From: Basidiobolus meristosporus CBS 931.73
Taxonomy: Eukaryota; Fungi; Basidiobolomycota
DNA: 64,000 bases
Assembly (NCBI GenBank): GCA_002104905.1
Contig: MCFE01000231.1
Span: forward strand, 1-64,000
Reading direction: 5' to 3'
The notes under the pieces were generated by a model. It was not told the origin of the DNA, did no database searches, and saw only the letters and a list, made by a program, of their open reading frames with translations. Each line of letters begins with the position of its first letter. Positions within the stretch are counted from its first letter, which is position 1. A program made the position numbers and the translations under genes. Of this stretch, positions 48,220 through 61,947 are shown piece by piece.

Positions 48220-48708
48220 CTAATTCATCATGTGAGGGTACTTTGACATTCGCTGATGTAGGCATTCATTGTAGTCCTTATTATCAGTATCAATCTCGTA
48301 ACGACAGAGTGGGCAGGTATTGGACACCTCCAACCAAGAGGAGATACAGTCTTGATGAAATAGATGACTGCACGGCATCTCTGTGATATGACTTGACTCT
48401 ACGTAAGAATCAAATTCGTCCCGACATATGCAGCAAGCTTGACCCTGCACTCGGGTTATAGATGCCGTCCGTAGTTCAGCAATCGCTTGGCGTGATGCCG
48501 GGAAGGATTTCTGTGTGCGGTCTTCTGATGCGTAGTGTGACGGGGGTGGCACCCCGATAAAAAATGGGTCCATCATTATGACATTGTATACGATAGGGTC
48601 TTCATCAGAGGAGGGGCTTGCTGCTCCCTGGTCGAACAGCATGTACACTGAGATGGGCAGGAAGGCACCAACGATGGAGAGTGCAAATGAGGTACTTAAT
48701 AGTGGCAT
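48220..48708 (-). CDS. TM/signal plus RING-H2 E3 ligase, RNF181/RNF126-like C-terminus, intronless
   Basis: Hydrophobic N-terminus, PASRQAIAEL, CCIC..MPCSHLFHQDC..WL..NTCPLCRYEIDTDNKDY. Confidence 0.9.
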   Translation of the reverse strand: MPLLSTSFALSIVGAFLPISVYMLFDQGAASPSSDEDPIVYNVIMMDPFFIGVPPPSHYASEDRTQKSFPASRQAIAELRTASITRVQGQACCICRDEFDSYVESSHITEMPCSHLFHQDCISSWLEVSNTCPLCRYEIDTDNKDYNECLHQRMSKYPHMMN

Positions 48709-49214
48709 TGTGTAAAGCTAAGCGTGGTAAAATGAATGGTTCAGTAGCAACCAGAAGGCTCGCTTTATATATCACCATTCAATTAGAACTTATATTTTCT
48801 AAGTATATACACAGGCCAGGTCGCTTTCAATGATTCCAACTGGTGCCAATAGCGAACTAAGGTTTTGAGTGATTTACTGGTCGATAAGATCTAGGCCAAT
48901 TTTATTCGGGATCCTACGGAGGGTTGAACAGTCACATAAAGTAACGGAGTTGAATGGAACCTCCACTCAAGACAGGTCCTCAAACAGTCACATCAATAGA
49001 CTGCTATACAAAGAGAAATTTTCTTTGCTCATCCAATCAGCCTTGCACAGAAAAAACCGGTTCTTTTGGGTCTAGAAGTAACTGCAGCATTTGCAGCCAT
49101 ATCGCTACACATAATTCTACACATAGTTTTGGATTCTAGCTATTCCGTGGTACCTTCTGGGCATTCTTTCCACAGCTCGTTTGACCACTTTGCTACATTG
49201 GAACGATCGATTTC

Positions 49215-49682
49215 TCACTCGAGTCCAACTTCTGGCTTGCCAACAGCTACTTGAAGCCGGCAGAGTGGGCAAATAGCAGCCCTTTGTAACCAGAGAAATA
49301 GACAGGCTTCGTGAAAGATATGGCCACACGACAACTTTCTCAAGCAGTCCCTGCTTTCACCGGCCACGATCTCTTCACGACAGATGGAACAATCAAAAAT
49401 TCCGCATTCTTTGACAGTTGCCAGAGGTAACTGTCTCATCATTTCCACTGATAATGGCTTAATTGGGAGAGCACCAGAACCTGTAGATATATTGTAGCCA
49501 GATTGTGGATTCCCAGTGAGGTACATGTCGTAAAAGTCGTCCTCTTCATACCCGGATGATAGTGAGCTTTGGTAAGTGTATAGATACAAAGCTATAGGTA
49601 TAAACAACAAGCTCGCAATGTTGACAACTTCGATATAAGACATCAGAGTTCTTGAAGCAACATAGTGCATCACATCACCCAT
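49215..49682 (-). CDS. TM plus RING-H2 E3 ligase (ATL-like layout), intronless
   Basis: TM segment VVNIASLLFIPIALYLY; CSIC..LSCGHIFHEAC..WL..AICPLC. Confidence 0.9.
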   Translation of the reverse strand: MGDVMHYVASRTLMSYIEVVNIASLLFIPIALYLYTYQSSLSSGYEEDDFYDMYLTGNPQSGYNISTGSGALPIKPLSVEMMRQLPLATVKECGIFDCSICREEIVAGESRDCLRKLSCGHIFHEACLFLWLQRAAICPLCRLQVAVGKPEVGLE

Positions 49683-49887
49683 TAATGTCCTAGTATAAAT
49701 GAATGTTTAATGTTGGGGATAAGCTATGATATCTGGCAAGGCTTGCATGCGTCGCATTTGGTGATTGGCTGAATATCCAAATTCAGGATTATTATATGGT
49801 GCGACCTGCGATTCCTTAACGTATCAGAAAAAAATTGATACCTATAACTGGTGATAATGCTCCAAGAACCATGTATCGCTTTGCAGT

Positions 49888-51381
49888 ATGTCTTGGCTAA
49901 TATTCCTTGCTATAGTCTCTTTTTTGGGACTGTATCTTTATACTCCTTTGTATAATATAGTATGGGCAAAGAAGTTTAATCCTGAAGGAAAGGTACTGTT
50001 TGATTTAGGAAACATCTCATTCAGGTGCTAATAGTTTTACCATAAGCACTGCTATATCACTGGTGGCAGCACAGGTTTGGGAAAATCTTTAGCTGTGGAA
50101 ATGGCTAAACGTGGTGCTCATGTCACCATTGTTGCTAGAAAGAAGGAGGCATTGGAAACTGCGGTGGCTGAAATAAAGGTTTACCATGTTGTCATCGAGC
50201 TTATTGCAATGCACTATTAAATCGAAGCTCTGATTTCTTAGAGAGCCAGGAAGACTCAATCCCAAGTGATAAACTACATTTCTGCAGATGTTAGTGTGAA
50301 AGAAGAAGCTCAACGCGCCTTGGAAGAGGCTATAGAGCTACAGCAAGGCTTGGTTCCTGAATACGTCTTCCCTTGCGCAGGTTTACTTAGGCGTAAATAC
50401 TGTGTGACACGCCCATATTAAGACTTGCACACTTTAGGGTTGGCTATGCCAGGCCTCTTCATCGACCAGGGTGTTGAAACCTTCGAGAGAACGATGCAAT
50501 TGAATTACTTCGGCGCTTTATATACTGTCCATGTTGGTGAATTGATCACTACTGCCATGTTACACTACCCTAACCACCGGTTTTAAGGCCGCTGTAAAGC
50601 GAATGATTGAACAAAACATCAAGGGGAAGATTCTATTGGTTAGCTCTACTGCCGGATTGCTTGCTTTCGTTGGATACGCATCTTATTCCCCCACCAAATT
50701 TGCCGTCCGAGGTATGGTATCGGAGGCCTTGGAGTCAAGGATAATTATAATGTTTCTAAATATGAGTAACAGGTCTCGCGGAAGTTCTTCGCAACGAGTT
50801 GGCAATGTACGATATCGATGTGCATTGCTATTTCCCTGGAAACATGGATACACCGGGACTGAAAACCGAGGTACGGCATGTTGGCCTATTGGTGTACCTT
50901 CAAGTACTTAGACCTTTGTAGAATGAAACCAAGCCACAAATCACAAAGCAAATCGAAGGCGAGGATTCAGCCATATCTCCTGATGCTGCTGCTCAAGCCC
51001 TTGTTCAAGGTTAGTACTGCAAATTAGATTGTAAGCAGGAGCTTATCAATTCTAAACCACCACCAGCCATTAGCGAGAACCACTGCTTCATCTCCTCTGA
51101 TTTGATCGGCAACCTGGCCAGGTGTGCCAACAAGGGTAAGTGACCCTCAAGAAGAATGCGAATCATTCGTTGCTTAACGCACATCTTTAGGCTTTGTTCC
51201 CTCAAACAACGTGCTTATTGATCTTGGATTATCCATCGTCAGCTTGGTATGGTCTATTTGATTGATCCGGATATGCAAAAGGATGAAGTTAATCGTGTTG
51301 TTCTAGGTGGCTGCTCCAATTATCCGCATCTTTGTTGACTATGAGGTGATAAGCTATGGCCGCAAGCTGAAGAAGAACTGA
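49888..51381 (+). CDS. TSC10: 3-ketodihydrosphingosine reductase (SDR family), multi-exon
   Basis: N-terminal TM, ITGGSTGLGK, VTIVAR, MQLNYFG, GYASYSPTKFAVRG (YxxxK), FPGNMDTPG and C-terminal ..KLKKN*, assembled across short GT-AG introns. Confidence 0.85.
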
Positions 51382-51793
51382 GGCGTCTGCTTGGGACTGC
51401 CCGCTTCCCATACGTGGTTCATGATCCAATTATCTTCAATAAATTATTTTTAAATGTTACGTCAGCTGGTTAAGTATCATTCATTGTCATGCAAGGCTTG
51501 AATTCGGATATTTCATCCATGAACTTCCGCCCGATCTGGCGGCCTTACAAATTCATCACAGGACGATCGATGTCTTGCTGTGGATTGGATCCACACGCCA
51601 TTATTGACGGCCAATATGAAAAATTCGTTACCGTCATTACATTGTTCACCATCTCATTTGTTTATTTCTTATTTAGTTGGTGTGTGACGTATATGATAGG
51701 TCACTTTGTTGAACCATTGAGATGTCCATTTAAAACGGAATGTGGACTTGTAACGCGCTCATCACATTCCAACTCACAATTGCCTTCGAGAAT

Positions 51794-54208
51794 ATGGAGC
51801 AGAAATGCCGTCACCAGGATGGATATCTCCCAGTTGAGAACTACGGTGTCATCGGCAACATGAGAACAGTGGCGCTTTGTAGCGTGGATGGAAGCATTGA
51901 TTTCTTCTGTTATCCAAACTTCGACAGCCCCTCTGTGTTTGCGCGTATGCTGGACAAAGACAGGGGCGGATATTTCACCGTTTCACCTGAGGAATATCGG
52001 TCAAGCAAACAGCAGTATCTGCCAGGCTCGAATATTTTGAACACCAAGTTTGTCTCAGAAGACGGTGTCTGCGAGCTCCTGGAGTTTATGCACCACCCAA
52101 AACACTCGGAGTTTTCCAAACCGCTGTACCCATGGCTGATAAGAAAAGTAAAGATGATCCGAGGAAACATCAAGCTGCACGTCAAATGTCACCCTGCCTT
52201 CAACTACGGCTTGGACACTCATGAGGTCTCCATCAAGGATAGCGAGGTCGTGGATGATCAAAACCCATATCGGAGAGATGAAATCCATTTTGATTCGCAG
52301 TCACTGTGCTTACAGTTGCAAAGTGTCTACAAGAGCTGTGAAGAGACACCGACAGGGCTAGAGTGGAGTATAGAGCCCGGTGAATTGGGTCAAGGAGTCT
52401 TTGCCGACTTCTTCCTGACCGAGGGTGAGGAGATCACTTTTGTTTTGAGCGAAATCCCGAAATCCGCTGGTGGCTCAAGCGATATAGAGTTGCATGCCAC
52501 GCCCAATCTGCTCGATTGCTTGTTCAACGAAACACTAGTTTATTGGAACGAATGGATAGCACAATGCAAATACGACGGAAAGTGGCGAGAGACTGTCCAA
52601 AGGAGTGCGTTGATGTTGAAGATGTTGACATATTCTCCTGTTAGTAGATCGGTGCATTCTTTCACGGCTTGCCAGACTAAGTTTATTTCCCATAGACAGG
52701 CGCCATTATCGCAGCACCTACCTTCAGTCTACCCCAAGGTTTTTCCAATACCTGCTCGTTGCGCGATATATTGTTAATAACCCCATTTAGTCCTTGGAGG
52801 CTCCAGCAATTGGGATTACAGATACTCCTGGATTCGCGATTCAGCATTTAGTCTTTATGCTCTAATTCGCTTAGGCATGACCGAAGAATCGGAAGCCTAC
52901 ATGCAATTCCTAGAGAAGATTCTGGAAGGCGTATGTAGCGATTTTCTGCCGCCCATCACTCTCTCATGCTAATCTCTGTTCTAGAGCGAGGATGGCTCAA
53001 TACAGCCTATTTACACCATCCATGGGAGTACTGTTTTGGAGGAGAAAATTCTGGACCACCTTGATGGCTACAAATCCTCTCGGCCGGTACGCATTGGTAA
53101 CGCGGCCGTTCATTATTTACAGTTGGATATTTATGGAGAGCTACTGGATGCGATATATTTGTACAGCAAGTACTCCAAGCCCATCTCGTTCGACATGTGG
53201 AATCATGTCCGCAAGATGATAAATTATGTGTGTCAGAATTGGAGGCGTGCAGACTCCAGTATATGGGAGTCTAGAGGGGAAGATGTGAATCATGTTTTCT
53301 CCAAAATCATGTGCTGGGTAGCCATTGATAGAGGTAAATTTGCGTTGCATGATTGATAACATCGATGGGTAGCTGACAGGCAATGGTGCAGGAATCCGCC
53401 TCACTGAGAAGCATAGCTGGTACCCTAGCCCCGAGTTGAAATGCTGGGTTGATACCCGAAACGAAATATACCTTGAAGTGATGGACAAGGGCTGGAACGA
53501 GGAAAAAGAGTTTTTTGGACAATCATATGAACGCATTGATATTCTCGACGCCTCCGTGCTAATGATGCCTCTGGTCTTTTTCATATCCCCGGCGGACCCA
53601 CGGCTATTGAAGACACTCAATGCGATCCGAAAGACCACGGATAAAGCCGGGCTGATTGAAAATAATCTTGTGTATCGATGTACTTGCTGATTGCTATCCT
53701 TCTCTCTCACGACCAACGCTCTAATGCTCTGTAATATCGATAGTCAACTGCTCTAGTAACGAGAAGATCCAGGACGAGGAAAGGTATTGCTTAATGGTTA
53801 GTTGATGGCTCAGATTAACCAATAACGCTGCTTTCCTTTCTAGCCACTCAATATGTACTTTCTGGCTGGTTGAGGTGATTGGATTTTTAAATCGGCTATT
53901 TTTCCGCATCTCGCTGAACTTGCAATTTATGATTAGGCCCTTACAAGAGCAGGGAAATATGATACACGGTTGCTTTATGAATCCATGGTGATATTCGAGC
54001 AGACATTAAGCTATTCCAATCATTTGGACTTGTTCTCAGAAAAAATCGCCAAGAGTGGTGAAAGTTTGGGCAATTTTCCCCAGGTACGATCGTAATATAC
54101 ATACATGTAAATTTGCTCGGCAGATATTGATTGCTCTCTCAGGCCTTCACTCACATGGCGTTGATATCATCGGCGTACAACCTTGATCGAGTATTGTCTA
54201 AGAAGTGA
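51794..54208 (+). CDS. Glycoside hydrolase family 15 (trehalase/glucoamylase-like), multi-exon
   Basis: [78 protein letters not shown]. Confidence 0.9.
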
Positions 54209-54412
54209 GGCAGTGCTATACTCGCTAGTGCGTATCTAGCGTTGGTGTCTTTTGTACGATAATATTCCTGTGATTCGAAGCGGATTCATCCATTCAAATA
54301 AATATGTTTCAATTAATCAAATTGATATGTTGCCAATTGAATGGTTGAATTTCTTGGATTCGTATATCCTGCTTGCCATTCAACTGCGATTTTATACACT
54401 GCACTTCACAAA

Positions 54413-55106
54413 ATGCTTACGGCTGAATCGGTAGAGACATCTGACCTTATGGCACTCATAGACCAACTTGAAAGTGCAGAACAAGGCTTTCAACACCTCC
54501 ATATTGGTAGTACGGTGATCATAACTATATTCAATTCCTTGCTTCAGCGCCTAACTTAATAGATGCAGACGGACAAACTTCTGATATGGGTGAATCAAGC
54601 GATATGGTAGCAGAAGATTTTGGCTATCAAGCATTGGGAGAGGATGAAGATGAATTAGATGAGGATGCTCCTGAGGAATACCAGGTACATCTTCAAATTT
54701 CCTGTGAAGTTTGTGAAAACACTAGAGTTATAATGGAACTGACAACTGTATTCAGTACCAGATGCTTCCGCAAGACGCTATAGAAGAAAGCTGTGAATCT
54801 ATGGCAGAACCCCCTGTTCTTGTCATAAACCCAATTGTCGGCAATCGTATACCTGATGGTTAGTGTAAATACACACAGACTCCAGTTCACCTCACTTAAT
54901 ACTTTAAAATAGCCGATCTAGAAGTCATTCGTTCTGTAATGCAGTCGTTTGCTTTGCCAGAATCTGCAGTTCCTGGTAAGTATTTTTCAATATGCATTGG
55001 CTGAAGCTCTATTATCTTAAGCCATCGTCACATAGAATGGGCCAAAGTTGTTCCTGAGGAGAAATGGATGCCAAAATTGGATTCTCAGGAGGAAAACGTG
55101 GAGTAG
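54413..55106 (+). CDS. MEA1: MEA1-like small acidic protein, 4-5 exons
   Basis: GYQAL plus an acidic tract, and a C-terminal LEVIRSVMQSFALPESAVPEWAKVVPEEKW that resembles the MEA1 M..xLP..PxWA...W motif (recognised from memory). Confidence 0.65.
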
Positions 55107-55602
55107 CTCCGATCTTAGAGCGCAGTCTTGAGCTAGTATCTACGTCTTTAGCTATTACTGAGATGGAGGATATCAGCAACTATTCTGAACTCGCCATTAA
55201 AGTCACTGTATATTCCTTTAAACCTAAAACCCCATCAACTGAATGGTATTTATTACCTAACTTGACATCCAATTATTGAAGCGTTTTCGAACTTTCGCCA
55301 TTCAAACTAGATATTTAATCAACTGTCACATATCATCCACAACTGTAGAAACCAAAGCAAACTCCAAGTGGTGCTCATGCGTTAGCAGACTAAATAGATG
55401 AATAACATAGATATGGTTGACTCCTTTGGGTAGCTTGAGTGCTTAAACGTGATTCAATGCATCACTTTTTTGTCAATGAATGCAAAATAGATTTGCAATA
55501 TATATCTGGCAGTCACAAAGTGTATAGTACTATATTGATATTTATATACAAAACACCAAGACTGCGGCTCATACATTCTCCTTTGCTCTCTGTTTGATAG
55601 AA

Positions 55603-58600
55603 ATGTCGAATGAGGAGATCAAATTTGAGGTTCTCTACACAAACCAAAAGACTAAAAAGAACAAAACCTGGCATGACGGTTAGTTTCAAATGCAATCTAC
55701 TCTATAGTTTCGTAGATCATAACAATAAGCCTCAGGATTTCTAAGATATAATGCAACAAGTGCTAAGGTACCCCAAATTAGGAACACTTTAACCACTCCT
55801 TTCGTTCGTCTATTCATAGACTATTGCATATAGGTCACTTTATACGACGAAAGTAATTCCAAATTATCAAGGTTGATCTCTAAAGTGTGATGTACTCAAT
55901 TGAATCCCGCTGATTCCACTGTTGAAGTTTATTTGTCAAAGGAAAGCCGGTGATCGTCGGTGAACAATTAGAATTTGATAGGTATTTGGTAACTCTTGAA
56001 AAGCTTTTATCTCAAGCAAGCCCATCGTTGGAAAGTAAAGTTTTACCGAGCACAAACGTACCTGAAATAACCCAAGCAGTAGAACAAGTATATACTTCTA
56101 AATATATGATTCAGTGTACTTCGTTGCCAAATCTGAATACAATTCTCTATACAGACCGAGAAATTATACAAACCAAAATTCAACCCCAGAATCAAGAAAG
56201 GACTTTTGAAAACCATTAAACGCGACCTGCCGAGACTTCTTGATGAGAAGAAAGATGCACCTGGTTTGTAGGATAGCTCATTCCCCCAGCGTAATTTACA
56301 AATAATTGCTAATGACACATGTAGATCTGGCTCTTTCAACGATTACACAGGATAAGAACGATAAAACAAAAATTACCATAGACGAGGAAATCAATGACCA
56401 AAAACCAGAGTCCCCTCGTACAATACAAATAGTACTCTTGGCTTGTAGATATATATTCCTGGCTCACGTTAACTAAAGTTTAAACTTCCTATAGCCAAAA
56501 CGCCGTAGGGTTGGGCTCTCACGAGGTCGAATTGGTGAAATTTCCGAAAAGACAGCTGTCGGTGAGGTGGATACATCCAAAGATAACCCCTCGTCTGAGC
56601 AACTCCACAAGCCAAGAATTATTCTATCAACACCTCAGAGAAGGTACGTTTGGTTAATGGGACATTTGCTTGGTGCGATGCTAAATGCGAATCCAAGTGA
56701 TATTATTAAATATCCCGGGAAGGATGAGTGCTTCAAGATGTCTCAAAACCATTCTTCCGTAGTACGCACTAGACAAGCGCCTACGTTTTTCGTAAGAGTA
56801 CTCAGTATTCAAGACCGTGAAACCATAAACCCTGATCCATGTTCTACACAGAAAACTATTGTAGAGTACAAAAATACATTTAGCAGCCTGCTCCTAGATC
56901 ATATTCAGGTATGGAAACACCAACAACTCCGCTCATCGCGAATCTAACATGTTATCATGAAAGGTCACACTCAACCTCCAGGCTATATATTTTCGCTCTG
57001 TAAACTGGCATTATCGACAAGAAAAACAAAAGCATAATGTTGAAATGTATTTCCGAAAGCGTGGAATTGGCTTTTACTCTGAATGCTCTTTAGCGTGTGT
57101 ATTCGATAAAGAAATCAATAGTCTGGTTGTATTTATTGATCGCTTTTATATAGTCAGGCAGGATTCTTTGGAAGAAATAATTTTGGTGACTCTAATGGTT
57201 TGAGACCCACTACTGGAGTAGATAATTTTATATTAGGCCTTTCGAGCAAAGAGCATCACTCAGTGTATGTATCAGGTATTCTTTTATTCTTTGGCCATAG
57301 CTAACAAATCTTATATACAGCTACGCCAAAGGTTTTTCTCAACTTCTTATCATTATCGCTAGCACTCTATATACTTATACTGGATGAACACAGATGATAT
57401 TTGGGCTATATCTACAACTATAGAATTTGAGCCCCACTCCACCTTTCTTGCGCGAAACGTATTTTATGGGCCGTCTTCGTCAGGAAATCTAGAGGTAAGT
57501 AGCTCTTATTGACGGTACAGTTAAGCCCGTGTCTAATCCTCTCCTATCAAGATAAGATGCCTTAGCTCTCACGACATCAGTATTGCGTCTCGTCTTGCTA
57601 ACTCGAAAAGCACTGTGTATGCCATCAGAAGCTTCAACGCTGGGAATGAATACACCATGCTTGGTTAGAAAGAGTATTTTACAATACACCAGAGACTTCA
57701 TTGGGTTATTAACTTCGTACCGTATTTTGTGTAGATAACCTTTCAAACAATCTCACTGTGACACCTTTAATATCCTCTATACTCAACTACAAAGTGGAAG
57801 CCTCTCAAGAGATGAATACTCCAATCGAAGACTCGCTAGAAGAGCCATTTGACACCCTTAAATATTCGATGACGCATATAGATGAACGATATCGTGTACA
57901 AGTGGAGGAATTATTAGAAACTGTTATAGCCGAGTACTCGCTAAACGAAGACCAGTCAACGTATTGCATTCTTCTTCCATTACACTTTTCTAGTAATAAT
58001 TTATTTTTTGTACTTAGCGTTCTTAGAAAGATTTCGAAGGATATGATAGAATCGCCCGAAAATGATAAAAAATCACCATTGCTTTTGGTTCATGGTAGGT
58101 TCTAACAGATTTATGTATTCTTCTCCATAATAATTCTCATTTATAATTACAGGTGCATATGGGGCTGGAAAGAGGTATGTTGTTGACCATTCAAAGGAGC
58201 TCTTTGTTCTAACAATTGGTTCAGTTACCTTATTGGCGTGCTTATAGTGTTTCTAGAGCGTCTAATGAAACTTACAGAGTTGAATACCAAATGTCCATTT
58301 AAGATCTTGGTTGCATCGATGACAGTACGATAAATGCCAGGCATCATGAAAAACCTTGAATCTGATTTTTTGATTTCGATTTCAGAATATTGCCGTAGAT
58401 AATATCCTTCTTGGATTGCTGAAACTGGGCTTCTCTGACTTTGTTCGTGTGGGAAGGTAATACTGAATATATGTGTATTTCTATCAAGCAGCTTAGAATT
58501 CACTAACAAGTATATTAGTATAAAGAAAATAGCCAAGCCAATTCTGCCATATACGGCACAGGTGAAGAATGATCCCAGTGAAGGTACACATACATATTGC

Positions 58601-60957
58601 TGGCAGATTTATAACAGTATGTATGTTCTCACAAATCTACCAGATATCAAGGAACTACAGACGTTGCTAAACGAAGAGACTCTTACCGAAACGGAATATA
58701 AGAGCGTAAATGATACAATAAAAAGATTTACGAAAAACGAAAACAAGGGGCTACTAAAGCGATCAATGGTTGTTGGTAAGTATCACAATAGCAAACTTTA
58801 GAAGCAAGCCTAGTATATTTCATATAGCACACGTAAACTAATGCGCTTTGAACCAAGGTACCACTTGCTTGGCATCGACATTTGATATATTTGAAAACAT
58901 ACCCTTTCCAATAATCATACTTGATGAATCAAGTCAAGTTACCGAACCGATGGCGCTAGTCCCAGTTTGCCGTTTTGCCTGCGAAAAGTTGATTCTTGTT
59001 GGTGATCCACTCCAGGTACACTCTATTATACATAATAATTACTTGTTCCCGGTACTAAGTTGATTTTAGCTACCCCCAACTCTCTCCACCAATTCTTCTA
59101 AAAGCTCTGCTGAATGTGGACTAGATAGACCTTTATTTGACCGGCTGATTCAGGTACCAAATGGTGTGGAGCGCCTATTAGTGAGCATGACTAATCTGTA
59201 ATTTCATCAACTAGATGGGCGCAGAGGTTTGCTTCGCATTTCTCCAAATATTACTGATTATTTATTTATAGTGACATCGTTTTAGCCTGTATTATTAAAA
59301 ACACAGTACAGAGTTCGTTTGCAAATTATACTTATCTCCTTAGGTGTACTTCGATCTAATATCAACCTTTTAGTGCCATCCTGCTATCTCTGCTCTCAGT
59401 AACCGGTTATTTTATCAGAGCAAGCTTATTGATGGTGTCTGCGAGTCGGAACGTCAGGCTCTGGTGCCCGATCTTCCACCTTTGTTGTTTATTAACGTCA
59501 ATGGCAATGTCGGCCCTATTGTTTCGACTATCAGTTTTCTACAGAAGATTAATCAAGATTAACTCTGCAGGAACAACAACACTCGCGATCGAAATCATAT
59601 TTCAACAGCAATGAAGTTGGAGTTGTTGCCCTTGCTGCCAAAGGATTTCTCGAGATTGGTATTCAGCCGCAAAATATTGGTATTATTACACTATGTACTG
59701 TATGATGTTGCTTATGTTATTCAGCACCACTTAATATTAATCTCGATATTTGGACGGTAGATAAACATCAAGCGGATCAGGTTGAGATGAAATTGAAAGA
59801 CAGTCAAAAGATGAACAAGTTCGATTCAGTACAGGCAAGTTATGATTCCGTAGCTAGCGCATAACGTGTTTTGACTTCAGTGCATATTCACACTTAACTC
59901 CTTCAGGTGAGTACTGTCGATGCTTTCCAGGTACATAATATTATAATATATTCATCTTTGCTTGAAAGTACAATTTTACTCATAATGCATTCGTAAGGGA
60001 GCGGAAAAAGAAATCATCATTGTGTCCTGTGTTCGAACGCGCCAGATTGGGTTCATTGATAACCGGCAGAGAGTAAATGTTGCACTTTCACGAGCAAAAA
60101 GGTTTAGATATATCAAAGCATCGTCTAGTATTTGGATGTCTAACCTGTTATATAGGCATCTGATCATTGTTGGATGTGCCAAACTCTTGGAGAGCAATCC
60201 ACTCTGGAAAACTGTTGTGGCAGAATGCCGAGGTAGTGCGATTTCAACCAATAGCATTCTATACTACATTATGCTTACTCTTTGTTAAAATGTAGCGAAC
60301 CCTAACGGATTTATTCACGCCACTCAAGTCCCTTCACTATTGAAAAGCTTCGGATGTTCTGGGGAATTCTCTACGCCACTAGCTGCGAGCATGAATCAAT
60401 TTGAAGAGTCAACCAATCGTGCAAAGATAGTAAAAAAGCCACTTCAGCTATACCCGTCTCCTTTAGCGGATTCGAGTTCAGATACTAATAACAACGTCGA
60501 CAATGCCGATTTGAACAAAGTAATGGATCATACAAGTGCTGTTCATGAAGCGAAGAGTCTACTTTCGAGACAAAATCATGAATCTACTTCGGTAAATGCT
60601 GTTGGTCAGCTGGACGAAAGTGAAGCACCATGGCATACAACCCCGAAGTATAGTTTGTTTGCAGGGCCTGGCCTATCTTCTGAAGTGGTTCAGCCACCAA
60701 ATCCTAGTGAACTTGAAGAGCCATCCCTCTTTAATAACGATAGAAGCAACGACAGCACACGAGAACTAACAAGGAAAACCCCTGAAGATGCTTTTAGTGA
60801 AAGTCCTTTCTCCGTCGTTAACTATAATTCAGACACGGATTTGGTGGCTCGTGCAGAGGATATTTCTAGCAGTGTAGAGTTGGGTAGTCTGAATCAGCCG
60901 AAAAACCCATTGTTTACTTTACTCCGAAACTTAAACCAGCGCGGAAAACCTGAATAA
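55603..60957 (+). CDS. ZGRF1: ZGRF1-like protein: DUF2439 N-terminus plus SF1 (Upf1/Dna2-like) helicase, many exons
   Basis: EVLYTNQKTKKNKTWHDG, DDIWAIS..FYGPSS, Walker A VHGAYGAGKSY, TNIAVDNILLGL..FVRVG, IIILDESSQ, LILVGDP, TVDAFQG..EKEII..VRT..GFIDNRQRVNVALSRAK. Confidence 0.85.
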
Positions 60958-61124
60958 ATAAATTGATAGAATCTTGACTTTTGATCAATTTATGCAAAAG
61001 AAAATTTTTTGATTGTCCCGTTGGAGTAAGCTTTGCAAATTTGCTTTTTTCAGCTAAACTTATACGATATTTGATATTGGACTTGTGTGAGCAGGTTTGA
61101 TACGGTTGGTTCGAACAAGACACT

Positions 61125-61947
61125 ATGAGTACCTTACTGAAGAGAGTTATACCTAGTTTGCCCAAGAGTGAGGAATTTAGAATCTAAGCTTTGTTATGTA
61201 GAATCTTGGCTAAACGATTTTTTTGTTTGAAGACCCTTTCCCACAGAGTGTTCAAGCATGGGTGCACGAATTTCGAAACAAGAAACCCCTTCGCATTCTC
61301 GATCTTCATAAGAGTGTCTTCGGCTCTCCTCTCCGTGTTGACATTCTGCATCGTGTTGTTGTGTGGCAAAGAGATGCCCTAAGACAGGGTACCCACTCCA
61401 CCAAGGGAATTAGTGACGTACGTGGTTCCACCAGAAAAGCCTTTTCGCAAAAAGGAAGAGGTGCTGCCCGTGTGGGCACTATAAGAGCTCCTCAGTTCCG
61501 TGGTGGTATGTATCCAGTTTACATTGTGGAAAACTCTTCTATAATGCCATTTTTAATCGTTGAATCCCTTCGAAAGGTGCCACTGTACACGGACCCAAGC
61601 CTCGTAGCCATGAAACCGCACTTCAAAAGAAAGTGGTGGATATGGGGCTTCGTGTAGCGTTATCTACAAAGTACGCCCAAAACCAATTGGTAATCGTCAA
61701 CAGCGTGGAGCTTACTTCCCATAAGACCCGTGAGCTTGCCCATATACTTAAATCCAATCAATGGACATCCGCATTGATTGCCATCAAGAAGGAAAACGAC
61801 AACCTTCGCATTGCTGCCAACAACATTCCCGGGATCAAGGTTGTTAATGTCGAAGATCTTGATGTTTATAATGTTCTTCTTCATAAGAATCTCATTCTAG
61901 ACACCGGCTCCGCCAACTATTTGCAAACCAAATTGATGGTCCAGTGA
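61125..61947 (+). CDS. MRPL4: Mitochondrial ribosomal protein uL4m (start exon approximate)
   Basis: RVDILHRVVVWQRDALRQGTHSTK..VRGSTRK..QKGRGAARVG..RAPQFRGG|ATVHGPKPR, LRVALSTK, LDVYNVL. Confidence 0.9.

Noticed and set aside
61108-61116. GGTTCGAAC resembling a tRNA T-loop / B-box
   Set aside because: No 5-bp T-stem, A-box or cloverleaf; it lies just upstream of the uL4m start.
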